Below are positions 55,976 to 64,000 of a stretch of DNA of 64,000 nt, in pieces. Where the stretch lies: NCBI GenBank assembly GCA_041666745.1, contig JBAYGI010000001.1, forward strand, positions 155,095 through 219,094, read 5' to 3'. The DNA is from Candidatus Magasanikiibacteriota bacterium (GTDB lineage: Bacteria; Patescibacteriota; Patescibacteriia; Magasanikbacterales; GWA2-37-8). Under the pieces are notes generated by a model. The model was not told where the DNA came from and made no database searches. It was given only the letters and a program-made list of their open reading frames with translations. Position 1 is the first letter of the stretch. The number at the start of each line of letters is the position of its first letter. The position numbers were made by a program, and so were the translations under genes.

Positions 55976-58318
55976 ATGTTGAATCACCCTATGTCAAAAA
56001 TTCATTCATTTTTTAAAAACAATTGGGAGAAATTTGTGATGGGGGTTTTGTTTACCGGTTGTTTTGGTTTGTTTTATTTTTTTTGCAATCAGATTTTATC
56101 TGTTAGCGCCGAGCCGAATAGTATTCTTTCTACTGATGTGGCGAGTGTGCCGTCTTTTTCCTACGCCACCCCAAATACAACTTTTCTAAAATCATACCGT
56201 CTTTTGGCTCTTACCAAAATCAACGGCGTTTGGCCAACCAAAGACGGCGGGTATATTATTTCCGGCACGACTGATCCGAATGTTGCGTTTATCCCGCCGG
56301 ATGGTTTTGTGGCGAAGTTGGATAAACAAGGCAATATTTCGTGGATGAAACTTTTGAAATCCACCAATTCGGCCGGTGTCGGAAATTCGCGTGGCGACGA
56401 AGATGTCCAGTCAATCATTGAGTTAAAAAACGGCGGGTATTTTATGGCGTCCAAAGTGTGGGGTTTTATCACAACCGCGGAATCCAGTTCGGGCGGGGAA
56501 GTGAATAAAATTTTGTTAACACGGCTGGATAAAAATGGCAACATGATTTGGAATAAATCGCTCACCGCATCCGTGGAAGACGCAAAAAATTCTTTGGTGG
56601 AAACAGATGATGGATTTTTGTTTCACGCCAACATGTTGGATCTCGCGCCGTCCAAAAGAGGAGAGGATAGCGCTGTGTATATGGATATGCCGTTCGCCTC
56701 ATTGAAAGTTTTGAAGTTGGATAAAAACGGCAATCTTTTGTGGTCAAAAAATATTAAAAATTTTATTGCTCGCGAAAATGATTCTTATTTTGTCGCGACA
56801 GCGGATGGCGGTTATGCTTTGGCGGGAAATATTGCCGAAACAAATCCGGAAAAAAAACCGCCGTATAATTTTGACACATATCCTGGTTTGGCGAAATTTG
56901 ATAAAAATTTTAATTTTCAGTGGGCGAAAAGTATGGAAGGCACGCCGATGGAAATGGCGACGGCTATTCCTCAAGAAGACGGGGGTTACAAAATGGGTTG
57001 GAAAAAATGGCGACAAGGAGCGATGGCTGTTCACGGTTTTGTTCAAACACAAGATAATGGCTATTTAATTTTAGGAAATTTATCCGGATTATCCATGTTG
57101 TCCGATAGTTTTAATTTAAAAAATGGCGTAAAAAATTGGATGATGGGATTCAAATTTGATTCTTCCGGCGATTTGGAGTGGGTCAAAAAAATAACTTTTG
57201 GTTTTAATGAATTTACTTCGCCGATGATGAAATTTTCTATGACTGTGACAGATGATAACCAAATAATGGTTGCCGGTCCGCTTACTTGGGCGGAAGATGA
57301 TTACCACGCGCAAATTATTAATGCCAATGCGCAACGCGATTTGTATTGCGCAAAATACCAAATTAGTGAAGAAAAATGCAAGGGCAATCAAATAGAAAAT
57401 ATAAAAGATAATGCGCAAACAGAACAGGACTGGGAAAAAGTTCAAGCGCTATATACCGCTATACAAGAGTCCTTTCGTCCCGGTGTTTTTATGATGAAAG
57501 TTGACGATCAACTGAATACCAGTTGGGCAAAAATAATAAATCCGAAACGCGGAGTTGCAAATTATGCTTTGACTCCCACCGTGGATAGTGGGGTGGTCAT
57601 CGCCGGCGAGTATACGACCAATGTTGTTAGGACAATTTTGTTTGGTGAAAAAATCTATTATACAGATGGATTTTTCATGAAATTGGACGCCAGTGGAAAT
57701 GTTAAAGATGATGAAAATTGGATTATAAATTTTAATGGCAAATTTGTTACGGAATTGATGACGCCTTATGCTGTTACCAATGATTTGGTTGTAAAAGCGG
57801 AGCCGTTTAAAATAAAATTAACATCGCGAAAACCGGAATTTTCTTTATACAAAAAAGCAAAGACGACCACTTACGCGCCTTTCAATATTTCTGAAAATAC
57901 TTTACCGCCGGTGGCGCCTGCAATTGAGGCAAATAATACCCCGCTGTTAAATTCTACTATTACATCCACCGCGCCAAGATCATGGCCACAAATTAATTAC
58001 GAAAAGGCGGTTCCGAGTGAGCCGATCAATGATAAGAGTCGTATACTCAATAGCGAGCTTCTGCCGATTTTGAATCAGCTTTATAGCAATCAAGTCAAAT
58101 TGACAGATAATCTTTCCGGGCAAATGTTGAGCTATATATTTGGTCGGGTTATTACCAAAGATGATGTGACGGCGGTAAAAAATTATTTGGTAGGTATTGG
58201 GTACAAAACGCAAGATGAAGGAAATAATCAATTGACGATGTATAAGCCGGGTTATTTCTTGATTCTATCTTTTTCGGTGGATAATCTTGATAAGGCATTT
58301 TTGGATGTTACTTATTAA
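55976..58318 (+). CDS. Secreted beta-propeller protein, paralog B
   Basis: TKDGGY repeats; C-terminal domain homologous to that of 51958-54207. Confidence 0.8.
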   Translation: MLNHPMSKIHSFFKNNWEKFVMGVLFTGCFGLFYFFCNQILSVSAEPNSILSTDVASVPSFSYATPNTTFLKSYRLLALTKINGVWPTKDGGYIISGTTDPNVAFIPPDGFVAKLDKQGNISWMKLLKSTNSAGVGNSRGDEDVQSIIELKNGGYFMASKVWGFITTAESSSGGEVNKILLTRLDKNGNMIWNKSLTASVEDAKNSLVETDDGFLFHANMLDLAPSKRGEDSAVYMDMPFASLKVLKLDKNGNLLWSKNIKNFIARENDSYFVATADGGYALAGNIAETNPEKKPPYNFDTYPGLAKFDKNFNFQWAKSMEGTPMEMATAIPQEDGGYKMGWKKWRQGAMAVHGFVQTQDNGYLILGNLSGLSMLSDSFNLKNGVKNWMMGFKFDSSGDLEWVKKITFGFNEFTSPMMKFSMTVTDDNQIMVAGPLTWAEDDYHAQIINANAQRDLYCAKYQISEEKCKGNQIENIKDNAQTEQDWEKVQALYTAIQESFRPGVFMMKVDDQLNTSWAKIINPKRGVANYALTPTVDSGVVIAGEYTTNVVRTILFGEKIYYTDGFFMKLDASGNVKDDENWIINFNGKFVTELMTPYAVTNDLVVKAEPFKIKLTSRKPEFSLYKKAKTTTYAPFNISENTLPPVAPAIEANNTPLLNSTITSTAPRSWPQINYEKAVPSEPINDKSRILNSELLPILNQLYSNQVKLTDNLSGQMLSYIFGRVITKDDVTAVKNYLVGIGYKTQDEGNNQLTMYKPGYFLILSFSVDNLDKAFLDVTY

Positions 58319-58407
58319 ATTAGTCACAGTGCTGATTTTGGGTAAAATGTAAAAAAGTGGTATAATAGTAAATAAGCCCGAAATTTTTCGGGGTAACAAA
58401 AATATGT

Positions 58408-59040
58408 ATGGACAAAAAAACAAAGACGATAGTCGTCGTGGTGTTGGCGGTGGTTGTCGTCGGTGGGTTGTATTTCGGTATCAATCGTTGGCGTCAACAG
58501 CGTCTTGCCAACCAAATTTTGAAGGAAGTATATGGGGTCAACGCCGGATTGTTTGGTCAATTGACCGGTGGCGGGGTTAATAGTGGGATGACTAATCAAA
58601 TCGCGCAAGAAATGGCCAAGGAAGCCATGAAACAACAGGTAAACGAAGCCAAGGAGGCAAGCAAAACCCCAGAAGACAAATATAATGATGCCGAAGAAAT
58701 GCAAACTTATGATGCGAATTCCAAAGCAGTAGCTATGGTAGCCAAAGAAATAGTAGAAAAGGCATTTGGGAAAGCAAAACTAACCTCCATTTCCACTGGC
58801 ATGTATGGTTTGACCGCAGGTTCCGGTATTTTGGAGTTTAAAACAGCCCGTCTTACAGCAGGCGAAGATTTGAGTGCTCTCAGTAAAGTTCTTGCCGACA
58901 AAGGTTTGCCGATTTTACAAAGTGGTATAGATAATAAAACTGCCATGGTAGTGGCCGGTAGTGATTCGTCGGTGTTTACAATCACCTTTGAAATTGGAGG
59001 GCAGGCAGTAGGTGTTTCTATTATGAAATACGCGCAATAA
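58408..59040 (+). CDS. Membrane-anchored hypothetical protein
   Basis: 210-aa ORF with N-terminal TM. Confidence 0.75.
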   Translation: MDKKTKTIVVVVLAVVVVGGLYFGINRWRQQRLANQILKEVYGVNAGLFGQLTGGGVNSGMTNQIAQEMAKEAMKQQVNEAKEASKTPEDKYNDAEEMQTYDANSKAVAMVAKEIVEKAFGKAKLTSISTGMYGLTAGSGILEFKTARLTAGEDLSALSKVLADKGLPILQSGIDNKTAMVVAGSDSSVFTITFEIGGQAVGVSIMKYAQ

Positions 59041-59065
59041 TTTTTTATTTTTAATTTAATATTAT

Positions 59066-59398
59066 ATGGAACCAAATACTCCAATCATCGGTGGTGGAAA
59101 AAATACTACAATGGCAGTGATCGCATATATTTTATTTTTTGTCCCTCTTTTGACCGGTGATGCAAAAAAAGATGCGTTTGTGAAATACCATGTCAAACAG
59201 GGCTTAGTTTTGTTTTTACTTGCGGTTTTGATCAATGTCATTGGCTGGGTAGTGCCATTTTATTTATGGTATACAATCAGTTGGATTTTGAGTTTGGTAA
59301 TGTTGGTATTGTTGGTTTTGGGTATTGTTAACGCGGTAAACGGCAAACAAGAACCACTGCCGGTAATTGGTAAATTCGCTGATGTTTTTAAGTTTTAA
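59066..59398 (+). CDS. DUF4870/Tic20-like small membrane protein
   Basis: AYILFFVPL..FVKYHVKQGL..GIVNAVNG..PLPVIG. Confidence 0.8.
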   Translation: MEPNTPIIGGGKNTTMAVIAYILFFVPLLTGDAKKDAFVKYHVKQGLVLFLLAVLINVIGWVVPFYLWYTISWILSLVMLVLLVLGIVNAVNGKQEPLPVIGKFADVFKF

Positions 59399-59415
59399 TT
59401 TATATTTTATAATCT

Positions 59416-59766
59416 ATGGCTGATATCCAAGAAATCTTTAATAGAATTTTAGAAACCAAGAAAAAACAAAAGGACATCAAATCCGCTTATCGCGACGCGT
59501 TGGCCTCATCCGAGGAATACAAAACCATCGAAGACAAATTAAAAGATTTGCGGGCTAGAAAAAAACAAATAGAAAATTCTATTAAACAAGATTTTTCTGG
59601 AGAATTTCAAAAGCTTGATGATTTTAAAGTAGATTTGGAATCAGACAATACTATGCTTTCAGACGCGGCCTTCAGTAAATTGGTAAAAGGGGAAACGGTG
59701 GCGGTGATTGATGAGTATAATAACAATTATGAGCCATTGTTTACGGTGAAATTTAAAAAAGTCTAA
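59416..59766 (+). CDS. Conserved hypothetical coiled-coil protein
   Basis: 116-aa ORF followed by a terminator near 59772-59806. Confidence 0.75.
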   Translation: MADIQEIFNRILETKKKQKDIKSAYRDALASSEEYKTIEDKLKDLRARKKQIENSIKQDFSGEFQKLDDFKVDLESDNTMLSDAAFSKLVKGETVAVIDEYNNNYEPLFTVKFKKV

Positions 59767-59844
59767 ATTTTAAAAATAATCTCGTAAAAGCGGGATTATT
59801 TTTTTAGTTGATTTTTTTTGGTTTTGAGTATAATGTATATTGGT

Positions 59845-60948
59845 ATGACTTTGGATTTTAGTTACAAATTTTTCCGTACTACCGCCGATGCTTTGCAGGG
59901 GATGCGAGAGGGTATTTTGGGTGCGCGTGAATCAATATATTGGGAAATATACTCTTTGATTGATGATGAAACGGGGGCGCCTTTTGTCGAACTTTTGTGT
60001 CAAAAAGCCAAAGCTGGTCTAGAAGTGAAAGTCATTATTGATGCAATTGGCAGTTTTGAGTTGTCTCGTTTAAGTATTAGCCGATTGCGTGGTGCCGGGG
60101 TGGATGTAGTGTGCTACAATTCGTTATTACCAAGTTTGTCATTGTGCGGTTGGGTTGGTTCGCTTTGGTGTAGAAATCATCGAAAGATTTTGGTGTTAGA
60201 TAGAGAGGTAGTTTTTATCGGTGGGGTTAATGTTGGTGATATGTATTCCAAGTGGGATGATCTTCATGTGCGAACCACCGGCAGAATAGTTACACCACTG
60301 TTGCGTTCTTTTGCCAAGTCTTATGTCCATGGTGGTGGTGATAAAAAGAAAATTAAACATCTGTTGAGACCGCGAATAAAAAAAGAATGGCAAGATTTAA
60401 AAATGCGTTGTAAATTTTTTTTGCATTCTCCTGTTAAAACCAAAAGTTCTCGCGCTAAAAATATTTTTTTAAACGCATTATCTCACGCAAAGACCGGTTT
60501 TAATTTGATGACGCCATATTTTGTGCCGGATAAAAATTTTTTTAAAATGGTGTCTGCCGCCAAAGAGCGTGGAGTAAAAGTGGATCTTTTTTTGCCTTTG
60601 GTTCCGGATTATAAATTTTTGGAATGGGTATCTGGACTTTATTCGAAAATGGCTCATAAACATGGTTGTAATGTATATTTATCCACCAAAATGAACCACG
60701 GCAAAGCGATGACTGTTGATAATCAAGTCGGTTTCGTCAGTAGTATAAATTTTACGCACCGTAGTTTTTTTGCAAACGAAGAAGCGGGTATTCTTTTTCA
60801 TGACGAACCGATGATCAATGATTTGAATTTAATTTTTGAAGATTTACGTCAGCACGGTATGTTTTTAAGTGATAAAAATTATTTACATTTTGGTTGGAAA
60901 GGCCGAATTAAAGACTGGTTAGGCAAACAGTTTGGAGGTTTTGTATGA
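59845..60948 (+). CDS. Phospholipase D / cardiolipin synthase (ClsB-like)
   Basis: Two HKD motifs: HRKILVLD and HGKAMTVD. Confidence 0.85.
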   Translation: MTLDFSYKFFRTTADALQGMREGILGARESIYWEIYSLIDDETGAPFVELLCQKAKAGLEVKVIIDAIGSFELSRLSISRLRGAGVDVVCYNSLLPSLSLCGWVGSLWCRNHRKILVLDREVVFIGGVNVGDMYSKWDDLHVRTTGRIVTPLLRSFAKSYVHGGGDKKKIKHLLRPRIKKEWQDLKMRCKFFLHSPVKTKSSRAKNIFLNALSHAKTGFNLMTPYFVPDKNFFKMVSAAKERGVKVDLFLPLVPDYKFLEWVSGLYSKMAHKHGCNVYLSTKMNHGKAMTVDNQVGFVSSINFTHRSFFANEEAGILFHDEPMINDLNLIFEDLRQHGMFLSDKNYLHFGWKGRIKDWLGKQFGGFV

Positions 60949-62180
60949 GTTTCGTACCTTTATCCGATCGCATGCGGCCACGCAATTTTGATGAATTTTT
61001 TGGACAGGAAGAAATTGTTGGCAAAAAAAAGTTGTTGAGAAAACTGATCGATAGTGATCAACTTTCTTCTTTGATTTTTTGGGGACCACCGGGAGTAGGT
61101 AAAACTACCCTGGCGCAAATTATTGCCGCTCAAACCAAATCACACTTTGTAGTGATTTCGGCAGTGATGGACGGCAAAGACGAATTACGAAAAGCGGTAG
61201 ACGACGCTCAATATCATTTGCGATTGGAAAACAAACGCACGGTTTTGTTTATTGATGAAATTCATCGTTGGAACAAGGCTCAACAAGACGCTCTATTGCC
61301 ATTTGTGGAAAAAGGTTTGATCACTTTGGTGGGAGCAACTACCGAAAATCCTTCATTTGAAATTGTGGGGGCGTTACTGTCGCGTTCGCGTGTTTTTATT
61401 TTAAAATATTTGGAAAATAATGATATCATAAAAATTATTGAACGTGCCCTGGTAGATAAAGAGCGGGGATTGGGAAAGTTTAATGTCAAAATAGATAAAG
61501 ATGAAATTGAAATGTTGGCGCAGTTGTCATCTGGAGATGCGCGCGCGGCACTCAATAGTTTGGAATTGGCGGTAAAAGCCAAGGTGAGTAAAGGTAAAAA
61601 TACCGAAATAAAAATTTCAAAATCGGACATCAAAGAAGCCTTGCAAAAAACTCATTTGGTTTTCGATAAAAAAGGTGAAGAGTTTTACAATCTGATTTCC
61701 GCTTTGCACAAAAGTATGCGTGGCAGTGATCCAAATGCTTCGATTTATTGGTTGGTGCGTATGCTCGAAGGTGGGGCAGATCCACTATATATTGCGCGAC
61801 GGGTATTGCGGTTTGCTTGTGAAGATATCGGTATGGCCAACAGCGAAGCACTGATTCAAGCCAATGCCGCTTATGATGCCTGCCACAAAATCGGCTATCC
61901 GGAATGTAGTGTGCATCTCGCTCAGGCGGTAATATACTGTGCTAAGTCGGCCAAATCAAATTTATTATATACTGCCTATGAACACGCAAAAAAAGACGCG
62001 ATGGAAACGTCTCATTTGGGTGTGCCGATTCATTTGCGCAATGCGCCGACTAAATTTATGAAGAATATTGGGTACGGCAAAGATTATAAGTATAATCCGG
62101 ATTTTGCCGAGCCTGTGGATCAAGATTATTTACCAAAAGAACTGAAAGGTAAAAATTATTTCAAACTTAAATCATCGTAA
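60945..62180 (+). CDS. rarA: Replication-associated recombination protein A
   Basis: PLSDRMRP; GPPGVGKTT; DEIHR; ATTENPSF; HLRNAPT. Confidence 0.95.
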   Translation: MSFVPLSDRMRPRNFDEFFGQEEIVGKKKLLRKLIDSDQLSSLIFWGPPGVGKTTLAQIIAAQTKSHFVVISAVMDGKDELRKAVDDAQYHLRLENKRTVLFIDEIHRWNKAQQDALLPFVEKGLITLVGATTENPSFEIVGALLSRSRVFILKYLENNDIIKIIERALVDKERGLGKFNVKIDKDEIEMLAQLSSGDARAALNSLELAVKAKVSKGKNTEIKISKSDIKEALQKTHLVFDKKGEEFYNLISALHKSMRGSDPNASIYWLVRMLEGGADPLYIARRVLRFACEDIGMANSEALIQANAAYDACHKIGYPECSVHLAQAVIYCAKSAKSNLLYTAYEHAKKDAMETSHLGVPIHLRNAPTKFMKNIGYGKDYKYNPDFAEPVDQDYLPKELKGKNYFKLKSS

Positions 62181-62592
62181 TTTTCCTTTTATTTTTTCCC
62201 AGATGTTCAAGTGTGATCGAAAATGTTTGTTTGTTTTTTAATAATCCGATCAATTTTTCCGGCCACTCAATCACACAAATGGAACATGGATCGCATAAAT
62301 AATCTTCGACGCCGATGTCTTTTAATTCCTGTTCGTTTTTGATGCGGTAGGTATCGATGTGGACTATCCTGTTTATGGTATGATTGCGAGTGCAATAGTG
62401 GTTCATCAAATTAAATGTCGGGCTGGTGATTTCTTCCTTTACTCCCAAACCGGCAGCCATACCCTTTATCAAAGTGGTTTTTCCGGTACCGAGCTCTCCG
62501 TTTAGTAATAAAATGTCTCCGCCTCTAAGCTGTTCTGACATTTTTTTTCCAAATTCGTAGGTTTCTTCTGGGGAGTTGGTAATTATTTCCAT
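62167..62592 (-). CDS. tsaE: tRNA threonylcarbamoyladenosine biosynthesis ATPase
   Basis: GELGTGKTT; TSPTF; HIDTYR; VIEWP. Confidence 0.95.
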   Translation of the reverse strand: MEIITNSPEETYEFGKKMSEQLRGGDILLLNGELGTGKTTLIKGMAAGLGVKEEITSPTFNLMNHYCTRNHTINRIVHIDTYRIKNEQELKDIGVEDYLCDPCSICVIEWPEKLIGLLKNKQTFSITLEHLGKNKRKITMI

Positions 62593-62761
62593 ATCAATGA
62601 TTTTTTATCAAATTACACCCCCCTTGTTATTTTAGTCGTTAAATTATACATAATTTTATTGCGTTGGTCAATAGAAATTGTGGATAAATTTAGGGTAACC
62701 TTTTTCATTTGCCAAATTTTACATTTTTTTGTATAATAAAGCCATAATTTTAATTTATATT

Positions 62762-63067
62762 ATGTCACTAACTATTGAAGAAGTTCGGAAAATTGCCCAG
62801 CTGGCTCGCGTTGAATTGACTCCAACCGAAGAAAAACGACACGCGGAAACTATTTCTACAGTATTGGATTTTGTAAATACTTTAAACGAAGTCGATACCG
62901 AGGGGGTGGAGCCGACTGCTCAGGTGACCGGTTTGGAAGATGTGACGCGTGAAGATGTGGTAAAAAATTCTGCAATCAAAAAAGAATTAATTAAACAAAT
63001 GCCACAAGTAAGCGCGGGCCTTCTCAAAGTGCCGGCAGTTTTTGGCGATAGTGAAGATGTTATATGA
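62762..63067 (+). CDS. gatC: Asp/Glu-tRNA amidotransferase subunit C
   Basis: EEVRKIAQLAR; VDTEGVEPT; REDVV; KVPAV. Confidence 0.9.
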   Translation: MSLTIEEVRKIAQLARVELTPTEEKRHAETISTVLDFVNTLNEVDTEGVEPTAQVTGLEDVTREDVVKNSAIKKELIKQMPQVSAGLLKVPAVFGDSEDVI

Positions 63068-64000
63068 AATTAAATGAACTTACAATCAAAGAAGCTCAGG
63101 ATGGTTTGTTAAGTAAAAAATTTACTTCGGTGGAATTGACCCAAGCTTGTTTGGAGAAAATTAAAGAAAGAAACAAAGAATTGAATGCTTTTATTACTGT
63201 TTGTGAGGAATCAGCGCTGGCGGAGGCGGTGAGAGCCGATGAGATATTGATGACCGGCAATGCTCAACCATTGACGGGTATTCCATTTGCAGTGAAAGAT
63301 GCTATCTGTACTGCTGGTGTGCGTTCGACTGGGGCGGCTAAAATTTTAGATAATTATGTTCCGCCATACAACGCCACAGTGATAGAGAAAATCCGCGTTC
63401 AAGGTGGCGTTTTACTTGGAAAAACCAATTGTGATGCCTTTGGTCATGGTGCCAGTAATGAAAATAGTATGTATGGACCGGTAAAAAATCCGCATGATTT
63501 AAAAAAAGTAGCTGGTGGATCTTCGGGTGGAGCAGCCGCGGCGGTGGCCGATAATTTGTGTATCTATGCTATTGCCGAAGATACCGGCGGTTCGATTCGT
63601 CAGCCGGCTAGTTTTTGTGGGGTAGTTGGTTTGCGTCCTAGTTATGGTCGCAATTCACGTTTTGGAATTATGCCAATGGCTTCTTCTTTCGACACGGTCG
63701 GTCCGATGACCAAGACAGTGGAGGATATGGCCACAGTGATGAAAGAAATTGCCGGTAAAGATAAACTGGACGCCACTTCCGTTCCTGAACCGGTTCCGGA
63801 TTATACAAAAGAAATTACCCAAGACATTTCCGGTTTGCGTATCGGCGTTCCAAAAGAATATTTTTCCGCGGAAGGAATGGATCAAGAAGTTCGGAAAATT
63901 GTTGAAAAACAAATTAAAAATTTAGCAAAAACCGGCGCGGAAATTATTCCAGTTAGTTTGCCACTCACCAAATATGCTCTCGCGGTGTATTATGTGTTGG
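63064..64000 (+). CDS. gatA: Asp/Glu-tRNA amidotransferase subunit A (runs off the right edge)
   Basis: ATGA overlap with gatC; GIPFAVKD; GGSSGG; DTGGSIRQPA amidase signature. Confidence 0.9.
   Translation, partial: MKLNELTIKEAQDGLLSKKFTSVELTQACLEKIKERNKELNAFITVCEESALAEAVRADEILMTGNAQPLTGIPFAVKDAICTAGVRSTGAAKILDNYVPPYNATVIEKIRVQGGVLLGKTNCDAFGHGASNENSMYGPVKNPHDLKKVAGGSSGGAAAAVADNLCIYAIAEDTGGSIRQPASFCGVVGLRPSYGRNSRFGIMPMASSFDTVGPMTKTVEDMATVMKEIAGKDKLDATSVPEPVPDYTKEITQDISGLRIGVPKEYFSAEGMDQEVRKIVEKQIKNLAKTGAEIIPVSLPLTKYALAVYYVL

Noticed and set aside
39620-59400. Integrative element with att duplication at tRNA-Glu
   Set aside because: I saw no second copy of the tRNA 3' end and no integrase gene
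1-64000. Alternative genetic code (TGA = Gly, code 25)
   Set aside because: TGA ends genes at expected positions (gatC, cls-like, 51421) and conserved genes have no internal TGA

Overview
AT-rich bacterial chromosome segment using genetic code 11 (TGA is a stop). Gene content and style suggest a Patescibacteria/CPR genome (inference: CPR-type Mur ligases, Shine-Dalgarno (SD)-less AT-rich translation starts, many Cys-rich surface proteins). The housekeeping backbone includes a glycosylation cluster, mpl/mraY/murF/PBP, gpsA, rlmN, a P-type ATPase, transketolase, an LTA-synthase-like protein, hpf, murB, tRNA-Glu(CTC), a cls-like gene, rarA, tsaE and gatCA. There is also an AbiE toxin-antitoxin (TA) pair, a Panacea TA pair and a ~19 kb block of secreted-protein genes next to the tRNA. 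The most striking signal is a class of six GC-rich genes (727, 1740, 2859, 13716, 29265, 44825) that all encode membrane or exported proteins, including an outer-membrane beta-barrel-like protein and a myxobacteria-style Cys-repeat lipoprotein. They sit behind native sigma70 promoters and carry hairpin-dense UTRs. The four main ones also have an rRNA-type boxA motif and a strong SD displayed in a GGA-loop hairpin, and two share a ~240-nt covarying structured leader. A GTCATTCC..GGAAT palindrome (REP-like) family occurs throughout: it forms perfect 33-bp terminal inverted repeats around a GIY-YIG gene and is inserted in frame inside several enzymes.
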